From contig DF237026.1 of NCBI GenBank assembly GCA_000708835.1, positions 124,001-188,000 on the forward strand: a stretch of DNA of 64,000 bases, written 5' to 3'. Numbering within the stretch: position 1 is the first letter of the stretch; each line of letters starts with the position of its first letter. Below are positions 13,701-26,700 of the stretch, one piece after another. The position numbers were made by a program, and so were the translations under genes. The DNA is from Klebsormidium nitens. Taxonomy: Eukaryota; Plantae; Klebsormidiophyceae. The notes below the pieces were generated by a model. That model was not told where the DNA came from and did not search any database. It worked only from the letters and a program-made list of their open reading frames with translations.

Positions 13701-15121
13701 TTCTGCACACGTCGTTCGTCTTGGCTGACGTCAGCACTGTCCTCGGAAGGTTTCAGTTCAATTTAGCCATCTATCTGCACATGGTCTTCGTCCTGGCTGA
13801 CATCATCACTGTCCAGAGAAACTTTTACGGAAATTGTATTTGAAGTTAGCTTCTAGAACGAGGCCGGATACCTTTGATACTCGGGATATCGTGACGACTT
13901 GATAACCGGGTTTTCCCGGTCATTCTGAACTCTCGACAGGAACATGGGACTGAAAAAGTCACTGCTGTTGCGTTTCTTCCTGAGCCCAACCGTTCCTTCT
14001 GTCCAGTCGGTTTGTACTTTTCGGATCTGCGATCATTGATGCTGAGCATCTTAGAGTCTATTACCCGGGCTTGAATGAAGCACCTACTCAAACGGATTCG
14101 TCGCAAAGTAAGTGCGCTTCTAGAACAGGCTGCCCGGAATATTCGAATTGAGTCATAATTTATTTCGAAATTGTTACAAGCTGGAACATTCGACACCTTA
14201 CTCATTTCGTAAGCCTTTGCAGAAAACCAAGCACTGATCGTTAACAACCTGAACGGGAACCTGGTTGACTTCACTATCCCGGGTAAGCGCCCAAGCCTTC
14301 AGACCGTTTGATTTCCTTCGATCCTAGTTTCAAGCGAGCTGTCTGGCCGTTTCTGAACCACCAGATGACCGATGCTTTAAAGGAGCCTGTCGTATTCTTA
14401 CGGTGACTCTAATGCTTTACTGTGGCCACCTTGCCTGACGTCTCAATCCGTTGAAATACTTAACGCCAGTAAGCTTATGATGATGCCCGTTCGTCTTCCC
14501 CGAACCCGAAACCCTTTGGTCGAGCAGCGAAAGGCAATCTCATGCTGTTCAAATCTGTTTGCGTGAGGTCACAATCTACTCTGTTACATGGCTTACTATA
14601 TAAAGAGACCTGTGCACTTCGTCGGATGTGAAACAGTGTCAAATTAGAGAGGCGTTCTTGAATCCTTTATCTACTACCCCAAGCCAGAAATGCTCCGAGC
14701 GTTCTACATGGAACGTCCCTATTTACAGCAGGCCACGGAAACAACGATCAATCTTCAGATAACTTTAAAACCGCCTCCAACAAAAACTCCGGCACAAGAC
14801 CATTTGCGCCTTTAAAACTGGCCCCGGATGTAAGATCACTGTTGACTGGATTTCCCCCTTTTCCAAATCGGCGCTGATCTTATTCCTCCGTTCCTGTACT
14901 GAAGTGGCCTTAAAAGACTCTCGATTCACCGTTAAGAAGACAAGAGACACAAACCGATACCTTTGTTATGCGCAGCCCCAGGCACTCAGCTGGCGACTGT
15001 GACCGTGTCCAACTTTGGCGCGGGAAGTCTGTTCGGTCTCGCTGCCACGATCAATCAGAATGGCCAGAAGAAGGTGTACTTTGTCAACGACGGAGATAAC
15101 ACGCTCAACGTGCTGGAGTGA
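10725..15121 (+). CDS. Secreted bacterial-type beta-propeller (NHL-like) protein, 360 aa, tandem copy 2
   Basis: Exons 10725-10968, 11780-11953, 12362-12450, 12929-13169, 13566-13694, 14223-14282 and 14976-15121 total 1083 nt in frame. Signal peptide MARFSGVPFLLVLLACVAASSA. Motifs STVPSNGDVTPYG, VLVSNWN..NLQGTGRTIV, INGPW, DPAAVVIGPVG and LFGLAA...VYFVNDGDNTLNVL. Confidence 0.88.
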
Positions 15122-17094
15122 GCAGTACATTACGGAGAAGTCGGCACTAGGAGCTGGTATTTTTGAGACAAATCTTTCATGGCTACAGCGAAGGTCACTT
15201 GTCGATTTCCTTGTACGACGATTGCGGTAAAGGGCGCGATGAATGACAGTCGCTGCGTGCTTACAACCAACATTTTGATTTGGAAGTTTGAGATTTTGAT
15301 TTGGAAGTTCAAATAGGTCCAAACTTCCGTCGCCCATGGGGATTCGATTGAGAATTCGCTAGCTCACTTGTTTGTGCGCCAGAAACCCAAACAGGATCTG
15401 GAGAAACGACTGTGTAAGAGAAACCGGGAGTTGCCAACGTCGGCCGCCGTGGAACATACGTGATAAGGATGCTTCATAGTCGTGGGTGGCAGTCGAATGC
15501 ATGATAGGTGCATGACAGCCGAATGCATGCCATTATACGTAAAAGCCTTTTGAATCCTTGTAGGAGTACATTCAAAATTGGCGATTTCAATGAAAACTGC
15601 TCGTCTTAGCAGACGGCCTTTGCTTCTTACCAGAGGGACTGTACAAGTCGCAGTGGAAACGCAGTGCGCAGCGTACCGTTATGCTTGAAAAGCCACGAGG
15701 AAGCAGTTTCTCGTGACGGGCAGAAGCCGCTGCTCTCCGAGACGTCGTAGTTATGTCAGCCCAATCGAGAAGGCAGGACTCAGAAGTACCGGCTTGTCTA
15801 CCGATTTGCTGTGGGCTGAATCTGGAAAGTCGGATTGGCTAGCATTATTGTCGATCTTACCCAAAAGTTGAGCGGATGCGGCGCCACTGAAAGCGGCAGA
15901 GAGTTATCACTCTATGCTGGCTTGTTGCTCAGATTCGTTCGCTGAAGTCCGCCTTTCCACAAAGGGGCTGAAAGTCAACCCTTTCTGCGCATCTCTCGGT
16001 CGACCAGGCTTTTCATACCCAAGCTTTGCTTGGACGATTCAACGGCATGAGAAGGTCAGGTTCACGAAAAGTGCAGCGTCTACAAATCGAGACTGTGAAC
16101 GCACTTTGCCAACCCTAAACTTTCTGCACGGGCTGAGGACTGCGTGCTACAGTACGAGGTGGACTCGGTGGGCGGGGAACGTTTCCTTGCGGGACACTGA
16201 TAGCGTGGCGACAAAGGCTCCTGAAGTTTGCCACGTCTGCCCCCCAAGAGGCACTGATTAGTCAGAGCAGTTTTATAGAGGGTGCGGCAACCACGGGGAG
16301 CGTTCTCGTTGAGATGCGAGGACGCCAGAGACGTAAAAGGATAGAAGGGCGAGCCTTTCTAAGTTCTAGATGGAGATGGTTTCCAGTATAGAAGCGCACT
16401 TAAACAAGTTGGCCGTGCACTTCTCGTCGTTCGAGGAGATTCGATCCTGGTAGTGGATAGATACTGACTAGCTCATACATTAAGGCATTTGAAAGCATGA
16501 TTGGAGCCATCGTTCTACGAAACGATCGCGACACTGCAAAAGATCATGCGTTAATGTTCCTAGTGGCGGCATGTCTACATGTTCCATAATTGCAGAGCAT
16601 GTGCATGTCATGCAGTAATGAGAAAGCAGATTTTGAACATCGATCACGTGCAAAGGCCGTTGCACTGCACTAGTACCAGCGCACGTCAAGCACAATGATT
16701 AGTGGCGCGCGGGGCCGCCGCTGCAGACACTGAGCCTCAAGTTCTAGAGAGAGTCACAACACACAGCTTGAAGATTGATCAGCTTGCAGATTGAAACCTC
16801 TGAAGTTTCTAAGCAAGCGTAACTCCTACTTTCATCAGTAAACTCGTCAATTGATTTGACTATATCCAGCTTCCTACAAATCTGCATCGATTTGTTCTCG
16901 GCACTGCATGTTCTCGGTTCCTTCGTGAAGGCCTGATACAAACATCTTTATCAAATTAACAGCCTGCGGGTCAACTGCTTATTCTTCAATTTAAGTAAAC
17001 CTACTCAGCCTCCGCACAAACATCAGTGGATTCTCAACACGGGTACAATTGGCTCAACCCCTCACAAGCACTACAGCCTTTCTGAAAGTCTTTT

Positions 17095-17841
17095 TCAGGC
17101 AGTGTTGCATACCAGACTGCCTATAGCTGCTAGCACCCCCGGAATTCCACTGGGCACTAATGCCCCGGCAACAGCACCTGCAACTCCTATCGCCCCACAT
17201 AATGACTTCGACTTCGCATCCGCTGAAGACGTTTGTACGTGAATCGTGCCTCCTACGCCAACATTCGGCGGTGTCGAGTCGGGCAAGATCACCCCCCTGA
17301 TGCAGCGATCGCCCCCAGAGGTTCCCTTGTTCTTTACCTTGCCGCCGTTCGAATCAAACGGCCCGATTGGATAGGATGTAATCGTCATCACCTCAGGCAC
17401 CGTGTTTTTGAAACACCGCACGCCGCTACACACCCCCACGGGAATGTTCTGCGACGTCACGAACTTCACCTTCTGGGCCGATAAGACGTTATCGACCGGC
17501 GCCACGCCGGCACTCGCGAGCGAAGACACCGACTGGAAGTTGACGCCGAAAGCGCCCCCGCTACCGCCACCCCCGGCAATGCCGTTATGGATGATGTTGT
17601 AAAAGTCCTGGTCGGTGATGCTCGCGTCGCTTATCGTGGTCACCGTTTGCCCGGAAACGACGATGTCCACGCAGACGATTTTCTTGCTCAGGCAGCCGAA
17701 GCTGTCAAACTTTTGGCCGCTCGCCCAGTACTGGTCCACGCACTTTTTGGCTGGGTTTCCCTCATTGCCCACAATTTGGGCGGAAGCTACCTGTGTGCAG
17801 GCTAGTAAGGCGACTACTAGGAGAGCCAGGACGCGAGCCAT
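17095..17841 (-). CDS. Intronless secreted Cys-containing protein of unknown function, 248 aa
   Basis: Single ORF with GC3-rich codons and signal peptide MARVLALLVVALLACTQVASA. Paired Cys residues and a hydrophobic Gly/Ala-rich C-terminal segment bracketed by two Cys. A CTGCAG acceptor just upstream of the ATG suggests a 5'-UTR intron. Confidence 0.85.
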   Translation of the reverse strand: MARVLALLVVALLACTQVASAQIVGNEGNPAKKCVDQYWASGQKFDSFGCLSKKIVCVDIVVSGQTVTTISDASITDQDFYNIIHNGIAGGGGSGGAFGVNFQSVSSLASAGVAPVDNVLSAQKVKFVTSQNIPVGVCSGVRCFKNTVPEVMTITSYPIGPFDSNGGKVKNKGTSGGDRCIRGVILPDSTPPNVGVGGTIHVQTSSADAKSKSLCGAIGVAGAVAGALVPSGIPGVLAAIGSLVCNTA

Positions 17842-19590
17842 AGCGCCGAAGTCCTGCAGAAGCGAAACTTGTGAGGCTTTAGGACTTCAGGTCTAGGGCT
17901 TGGGTTTTAGGATTCAGGTATTGGAGTTTGGAGGTAGCTTCAATGCTCGGAAGAGCTGTACATCCTTTTTGGGTTTCTTGATTCACTGAGGATTTTAAAT
18001 CGAGGGGAGTCAAGCTGATCCTTTGGAGTAAGCTTCGGAGCTCGAGAACTGCGCACTTGCACAATGGAGTGCTCTGTGATCAGAAAAACTAGGATAGTAT
18101 TTGATGAGTGAACATCTATTCAAGGGGAGTAGTGATCTGACTGCAACGGAGATGATCTGCAATTGACTCGCTTTCAGAAAGAAAGACCAATCTTGATTAA
18201 ACTTGGCACCTTGTTCAAAAGAACTAGAAACGGGCTAGAAACAAACCGACACCAGTGCTAAGTTCAGTGTACGCTTTGACAGACACAGAGGTATCGTTTC
18301 CTTAGAACGTGCCTTTCCAGCAAGCACGGGGGGCGCCAGAATGTGGCCAGCTGAATCAACCACAACAATTGAGCAATGCGCAAGCTCAAAGTCGTCACTG
18401 TTTCGGGGTTTTCTGCTCGGGGGTAGGTTCTAAATCTCAGCTACTAGTAGGAGGGAATCAGAAGAGTCAACTCTACAGTCCAGATTATATCACATACCAC
18501 AATACGTACTGCTTTGAACCAGAGAGGGCATTCATGATTCCTGTACTAACAAAGTTGTGGACGTGAGGCTTACCTTAATTTAATGGTGTGTCTCCTAGCA
18601 GCTTGCTGACAAAGGTGATGCCGTGATGGTTTTCCAGGCCGCCCAAGCTCACCAGTTCCCGCAGGAACGGCCGCAATGCGAACCTATCTCCGACAGCTCT
18701 GTATCAACCAGCTGGCCGGAGATCAGCTTGAATAGAACTTGGAAGTGAATCTTGAATAAGTGCTTCTGGTGTGAGGTTACTTCAAGCACAGCCTGATCAC
18801 TTCAATAGCTCAAGCACTTAGTACCAGCTTGCTTCTGCAACTTGTGTGTACTTGAATTAGAGCTAATTGAAAGGTGTCTTTATTACAGTATCCAAGTTAA
18901 TTGACAACGCTGGGAACTCAGGTATCAGGTTTGCAAGAGGTAAGCGGGGCTGCAAGTCTTGCGGTTCTCCGAAGCCAGCATGCAATCTGCTCGCAATCTC
19001 CAAGCGGAAGGAACTCCCTTGCGTGTACGTCCAAGTCACCGTCGACAAACCTACCGTCAACAATATCTGGGCTGGCCGCTGCTGCAGCTGCTGGGCGGCG
19101 GCATCCTTGCATATCGTATACGTACCAGTTGTAAGACTACATAGTGCAGACTACAGCATGGCATTCCTTCTACTTAGGTTAGGTATAGTAGGCACCACTT
19201 TCCAAGAAAAATCTCATGTCGACACGCGTGCGAGGTGGCAACATGTTGGTACAATAATATCAATATTATCTACCGCAGGTACTTATTGCTGACTTTGCTG
19301 GGGGTTCCCTCTGACCTCACCTACAAATCAACCGGGGCACAGAGATGGCCCCGGTGAACAGTAAGCTTTTTGGGGTTTGGTAAATTACTGGCTTTTGGGG
19401 CCCGGTGCTAGTATCCACTGTCGGTGTACACTACTAATTGTGACTGATGACGTCAAGGCCCTAGTCGGTACTGTCCCCCGTTCGCTGTTCATAAGTAGCT
19501 GCCATGGTCGGAGTCGGGGATCGTGCCCCTGGCAAGATACCGTGATTTGTTGAAAGTGGCTATTCACATCAGTTTCATTCATACCGTAGA

Positions 19591-19786
19591 CGTCTCGATT
19601 CCATGTTGACTATTAGAGCATGTTGACTATTAGGACAGTGCTCGGGGACGGAAACAGACTAAAAACCTAAACCCAGAATTGACATGCTCCGCACCCGTAC
19701 CCACCCTAAACACCAAGCCAACCCTGCCCGTCCCCCGGGCGCCCTCCTTAGTCAACGTAGCCCTTAGTCAACATGCGATCGAGACG
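19591..19786. mobile_element. Foldback (MITE-like) element with a telomere-like core
   Basis: 22-bp terminal inverted repeat with 2 mismatches (CGTCTCGATTCCATGTTGACTA / TAGTCAACATGCGATCGAGACG). Each inner arm is doubled (periods 17 and 16 bp). Core AAAACCTAAACCC...CTCCGCACCCGTACCCACCCTAAA. No target-site duplication seen. Confidence 0.7.
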
Positions 19787-20764
19787 AGTGTTCAAGATTC
19801 ATTCCTAGGCTAGCAACATGCACTGGAGTTTGGACAGCCTGCTCGATCATGATCTTTGCAGGTGGCGGTGCTCTGTCTCTGTTCTTCGTTTGACAAGATA
19901 CTAATGTCGCCGCTGTACTGAGAAATTGATGAAGCTTTATGTAGGTATAGTCCCAGATGAAAGAGCTGATTGACAGCAAAAGGTTACAAGACACTGCTGG
20001 CAAGAAATCAAATTTCTGGCATTGGCGGCGGAGCAGTTTTGAGCATGGGCCCATCTGCGCCCATTGTGCAAGGGGAAGCGGAAATTGTAGGTCTTCTTCA
20101 ATTCGATGCACTTTTAATTCCTTTCTTGAAATCCTGACGACCACGCATTGAATCGTTTGAACAGATGAAAATGCTTACGTACCGCGGATTTTCTGGCTTG
20201 AGGGAGGTAGTCAGGCTCTTTTGAAATGCCGGCAAGCCAGACTTGCAACAGGAATAGATATCCTCCTAGACAAGTTTGCGTAGATGGAAGAGTTGGTAAA
20301 CAGACACTGCTTGCAAGGCTGCAAAATTTGCTCCCGTCTTATGGAATTCAATTGAAAAAAGTATTGTTGAGAGTCTGCCCCGTGGCGCATGTAGCACCAC
20401 CAGCAAGATGTTCAGAAGAGCAATCTGCCATTATTATAGCAGTTCTTGCAAGCATAAGCGAGCACCTGGCCACATGCGTTTTAATATTGCCCTATCATAT
20501 CCCCCGTGCCTACGGAGGGCATGTCAATGTCACTTTCAAAAAGATCTTTCTGATTGAACGCAGCTAAGAGTGGCAAACTTTGGCAAACTCCAAGCGCCAT
20601 GGAACACCAAAGCCGGTATGCATCCAAACAATGAATGAAAGGTGTCCAAGGTAAGTAAAAGATTGGTGAACCAGGTTCAATGATTCGACCAGGTTGGGGA
20701 TGCAAAGCAAGAACCAGGAAAGGATAAGATTAGTCTGTTTATTAAAAGCCCTGTTTCTTTGCAG

Positions 20765-23700
20765 CTTCTCGCTGCGGGCGATGCCTCTCCCAGTCTTGGC
20801 CTGGCTCTGCAGGCCGTCTTCTCTGCGCTCCATGCGCGGGATGAGGTGGCGGCAGGAGACAGCAATAGCAGCCTGCTTGCAAGAGTTGCGGGTGGAAGGA
20901 TGTGAGTGATCCACAAGCGCTCGGAGCCATACTGTTGTTTGCTGATTGCTGCAATCCAGGCTCTCAGTAATTCTGTTCGTTTTTAGCTACTGCAATGTTC
21001 TCCCACTCGGTCTTCTTGCCCGTTGTCAACCATAAGAATGATCACCTGCTGCTGAAGAGCTTGGATGTCAGACATTTCTTACAAATCCTGCTGGTCCGTG
21101 AATAGGATCAAGCAAGGTCCAAGGTCTTTAAGCAAAGATTATGACAATCAGAAGACAGCAGCATGAAGGGGCACGAGAGTTTGCTAGTTGCAACTCTGTT
21201 TGTGAGAAATTGCTCACATTTGGGTTGAGACAGATGCTTGTACAACCTTTGCAAACAGCTTCGGTGGTTGCACCCCATTTGTCCAGGTCAGATTGTTCAA
21301 GGAACGTTCCCAAACAATTTCAGATCCTTGCAGATCCCTTAATAGCACTGCTGACATTTTTTTCAGAGTCCTTATGGTCCCTTACCCAAATCTCAAAAAA
21401 CCCCTTGCCAACTCTTGGCCAACCCTTAGCCGTCCCTTGATAAAGCAAAGCCAACCTGAATGAAGAATTCATCAGACCCTAATTGAAGCTTTACGTCCCC
21501 CCAGGTGGCAAATCTTGGCGGCGGGAAGCATTCTTGATGAACAATGGCGGGTGACTCCGGACAATTTGGAGCAGACAATTTCATACTGCTTGAAGATCGT
21601 GTCCCAGTCTAGTCGCAGCTCCTACACCACCAGTCTGCCATCCTCCCCCCCGGCGGGCAACGGCAGCACGACGGCATTCCAGGGAGAGCCCGCATTTGAC
21701 CGGGCGCTGATTGAAGCTGTGAGTAAAAATTGAGCAATCTTTTGTCGTGGCCAGTCTTACACCCGATCTTCGGTGCAATTCAATTGCTCAGAGCGCAGCA
21801 CCTTGCTGCTTCTTGTTGGGTGCTTCAGATTGTTCTGTTGCAGTTCAGCCAGGGCGCACCTTCGGCGGATCGCACTGCCTTTCCATCTAGCTCTATCCTT
21901 TTAGCGGATCGATGCCGATTGAAGCCATCTTTGCGGCTTGCTTTTGAAAAGGTACTTGTAGCCAGTATAGCGAGTAACTACTTTTCAAGGTCATCAGTCC
22001 TCGGCTACGCCTCTGACAATTACAATCGGGAACGGAGTCAAGTGTGCCCGGACGTTCAAATCATTTTCTGTGTGATTTCGTGGTTGCCTGGTCGGACCAG
22101 AACCCCAGCAGACATGCCAGAGCGGTTTGCAACCCTTTTGCCACCCCTAACTGATTCTCTTTGACTCACTTGTCGACACCTCCAGAACCGCATCCAGCAC
22201 CAGAAGTCCAAAGCAACTCCGCTCAATTTCTCAACCCGCTCACTTCAACAGCGATCTTTAACCACTCTCGACTTGACAGGTGTCCACTCTGGGCCGCTTC
22301 TGCTGGGAGGCCCGCTCCGGCGACCGCGTCTCGCGCGTGGCCTCACCGTTGAGCAAGCTGTTCCAGCACGTGGTCGCCACAAATCCGCTGAGCCAAACTT
22401 GAACCAATCTCCAGTCGACAGGTGTCCACCCTGGGCCGCCTCTGCTGGGAGGCCCGCTCTCGAACGTGGCCTCACCGTTGAGCAAGCTGTTCCAGCGCGT
22501 GATCGCCACAAATCCTCTGATTCAAAGTTGAGTCTATGTTGAACCAATCGACAGGTGTCTACCCTGGGCCGCCTCTGCTGGGAGGCCCGCTCCGGCGACC
22601 GCGTCTCGCGCGTCGCCTCACCGCTGAGCAAGCTGTTCCAGCGCGTGGTCGCCACGAATCCGCTGAGCCCCGGGACCGGGCTGCTGCTGGTGCCCCTGCT
22701 GCAGTTCTTCCTGGACCACGGGGATGTCGTCATGTACGACCCGGAGCCTGCGGTGCAGACGTTTTTCAAGACTTGTCTCGTCAGGTGAGTTCTTTATGTT
22801 GACCTTATTGCGGGAGTGCTTTTGTCTCGTCCCTTCTTTCTCTTAGAGTGAGGTTTTCATCCTTTCTCCCTGCGTCTTTCCCATCAATGGCTTCGAACCT
22901 ATTTTCCTGAAGCACCAGTTTCGTCCTGACTGCTCTGAAATCTGTGCTGCAGTTGGTCTGTAATGTGTCTGTCGACAAGTGCTTCGCCCCTGATGCATTT
23001 CGCCACTCTTCTCTTCATCCTCTTTTCGTTCTTGCTCTCTCTCACTATTAATTTCTCGCTTCATACTTTGTCGGGAAGTGCAGTACAGACGTTACAGCCG
23101 TCTTCAGTTCACAAACGCGGCCCCTTCAGTTCACAAACGCGGCCCCTTCAGTTTGCAGGTCTCGTGTACTTTTGGAATACTAGGCAATAGATCAAATGCA
23201 AAACTCTTGCGAGAGGTTCTGCGTTCGGCAACGTGCGTGCAACAAGTTGCGGCTTGATGCCATGAAAGAAGAGGAGTTGACCTACAGAACACACCAGCAA
23301 CACCGTTCCTGCCTTTCTTTCAACATAAAGTCGGTCGATTTCGGCTGCCAAAAAGCTTGGGAGAAGGTCGGATGTCCAACGACCAGTTCGTTCGTCGCAG
23401 AGCAGACTCAAGCGGCAGAAATTGTCAATCGAAGCCCAAGTTGACAGGAATCAGACGCTGGTACCGTAAGCAAAGACTATCTTGATAATTACGTCAACAA
23501 ACGTCATCACCTTTCGCCCCGCAGAGAGTACTCCGACAAGCAAGTTGCAAAGGCCGCCCTCCTGTTCCTCTCCGAGAACAAGGCAAAACTGAAGGCCCTG
23601 TCCGCGCCCCTGTTGCCGCGCTTCTTTCCGCTCCTGCTCAAGGCCGTCGGCTGGGGAAATGACCCCGAGCTAGACAAGGCCTTTCAGGGCCTGCTGCCGG

Positions 23701-26700
23701 TTCTGCTGGGACCCAATTCCACGTTGGCGCTTTTCCGGGCAATCGTCGACCTCCCCAGTGAGCGCTACGATACAATATACAGCATTTTTTGTTTTCGAAA
23801 GTAGTGGATGAACGGACAGGATAGACTCGGGAGTGTCATCAAAGAGCAGATCGGAGGTAGAGGAGAAAAAGCTGAGCAGGCACCGCGAGAGCCGTTACTC
23901 TTCGCTTTATTGAGGGGACGCCGAATATTAATATTTTCGTGGTAAGATCAGAAGACGACCTTGTACGACCTGATTGGGAACCGGAGCAACAGCAGGGGCG
24001 TAGGCAGATGCGTCTGAAGTGACGTCAGAGAGCGACTGTGGCTGCCAAACAACAGTTTAACAGCCGCGAAATTCAAGGGACAGCTTTCAATCCAGGGTGA
24101 TTGCGAAGCCCGGCACTCCAGCCTCTTTGCCTGCTGATGAGACCTCGTTGACATTGAGTTAGATGTCTGAACCCCGTGTCTCTCAATGACGCTCACGTGT
24201 CAGCCACTGTCAAACTGACGCAAAAAGCTCTATTTTAGGGGGCTTCCCGATCTTGATCGTATCTTGAGAATCCGGTTGAAGATATAACGAGACTGAATTT
24301 GTGGCGGCTCCTTCCAACGGCCCTGTTCCACGTGCTGCCAAGGCCCACGGCGAGCTAGCCAATAGTAAGACGGGAACCCATGTTGACCACAAAAAAGTTT
24401 TTAAAAAGATCACTAACCCGCTTAACCCTTTCCTACCCAGCCTTCAGTTCTTGCCCTGGAGCACGCGGATCGCACGGCCAAGTCCCCAAAAAATCGGCCG
24501 TTTGTTAGATGATGAAGCATGATCTGAACATTGTCTGAAAGGCATCAGTAACCCAGTGTTTGACCCCGTTCCACCGAGTGTTTGACTCCGCTTAACCCTC
24601 TCCTACCCAGCCCTGGTTCTGGCGCTGGAGCACGCTGACCGCGCAGCCAAGGACCCCGAGAAGATGGCCGCGTTAATGGAGGCCGCCTTCATGGGTGGCA
24701 TGGGTGACGTCAGCAGCCCGCGCGTGACGCCCCAGTCGCCGATTCGCCGCCCCGAGCTGCGCTCGGCGGCCCTCGAGGCGCTGTTTGCGGAGCTGGCGCG
24801 CGATGAGAACGACGGGGTGCTGGTGAGGGTTGGTTACGTTTCTGCTCGGGTTTTTGAAAATAGATGAGAGGCTCCAAGAGGTGCAAAGGAGGGGTCAAGG
24901 AAGGGTTTGACGGAGGGTTTGAGCAGGGGCTTCAGCGAGGTTTAAGCAAGGGGACGGACAGGGTGGCTATAAGGCCAGCAAGAGTTGATTCAGTTTTTCC
25001 GACTGAAACGATTGATACGACTGATACGATTCTTCAATTGAGAGTTTAGTATTAAGTTTCCGCTAAAAGAATGTCCCCTGTATGGAAGGATTACTGGCTG
25101 TGACGATGGGCAACTTGATGCCGGTAACGGAGGAGAGTCGCACTTCTTGCAGCAGTCAATTTCAAAGCCGAGTTTTGTCTAATGTCACTGCAGAAGTGTA
25201 CAGGTATGGCGCAAGGCCGCACCTCAAGGGCAAAGCACTGATGCGGAGAGAGATGTGTTTCCGCTACATCGTTCCTCATCGCTCGCCTCAGTTTGTTCCG
25301 ATTCCGATACCGCCTGTCAGAGAAGAGAAAGCCGACAAACTTGAGCTGAATCATTTTAGTCAAATGTCTGCGAGAAAAGCCTGCCTCAAAACTCGCGGAT
25401 TTGTATCCACCACTCACTGAAGCTCCACTGCTAACCTGTCTCTTAACTACGTCTAACCAGTGCCTCTTTCTGCAGCCCAAAGCGTGGGCATCGCTCGAGG
25501 CCGCCGCCGCGGTCCAGAAAGAAGTCCGGGGATCCCCCTCGCCGCGCCTGCTCCACGCCCTCCAGCTGGCACCCCCTCTTCTGGACGCGTACATCACTCT
25601 AGTTCTTGAGACGTCCGACGAGAGCGTGTTCACACCGCTTGGCGCACTGGTCATCCAGAGTGTGAGCGCGCTCTTCCCGAACGAAGCGTTCCAGGCTAAG
25701 GTGAGAAGCAGGGTCCGAAAGTCTGAACTGTGGAGTCCTTAGAAGAAAAGATCTGAGCTAGGTTGCCTTTCAAAGGAGGGCTGCTTTCGTAGACGTTTTG
25801 CAGGTTCTGACGAAGGCAAAGGTTGCTGGCTTCTGCTGGCTGCTTTCTTGCGAAGTTGCTGCCTCTTTATTGCTCCCATATTGTCAGACTGTCTCTGTCA
25901 TTTCGAGAAGCTTCATAACGAAACGCCAAAGTGCAACGCGTCATGTGGACATTCACAACCCGTCTGCGCTAACTTAAGATACCAAGCAATCATCCTTCTG
26001 AGGACCGATTACTCTGGTTGCGCACAGCTGTCAACCAATTCTGTTAACCTTCTGCTTTCCGCCTTCACCCCTCTCACAAAACACGGTCGTTTTTCCTCCC
26101 CCCAGGTCCCCTGAATCTGCTCCCGCTTTCTGCTCGCCGCCTTCCAGCGCCACCCCCCCCTCCTGCCCCTCCTTGAAAAACCCATCCTTCATCGTTATTA
26201 CAACTTTCCTTTGAATTTTAATCCAATTTTCCGATCATAACGCCTTTCAGCCCCCCAGAAGACCCTCTTATCTCCCCCCAGGTCCTTCGGGTCTGCTCCC
26301 GCTTTCTGCTCGCCGCCTTTCAGCGCCACCCCCTTTAAGACGGCTTTCTCTTTGAAACATATTGTCGTGATTCCTAATCACCGGAACCCACCCCATAACA
26401 CTCCTCTCGTGCCCCCTAGGTCGTCCGACTCTGTTCCCGCCTTCTGCTCGCCGCTTTTCAGCGCCAACCTCCTCCTGCCTCTCCGTAGAAAGCTCATCCC
26501 AAACCCTGATCTTTGAATCCTCTTCACCCTCCAATAAAACATACTCTTTTTCGTCCCCCCAGGTCCTCCGCACTTGCTCCCGCTTTCTGCGCGCGGCCTT
26601 TCAGCGCCACCCCCCCCCTCCTGCCCGTCCTCAAAAAGCTCATCCTTCATAGGTATCACAGATTTTTCTTGGATCTCTTATCCCAAATTGCTGATCATAA

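Noticed and set aside
18867-19292. GC-rich patch with ORFs in several frames
   Set aside because: It may be a decayed gene fragment, but no frame could be preferred or recognised.
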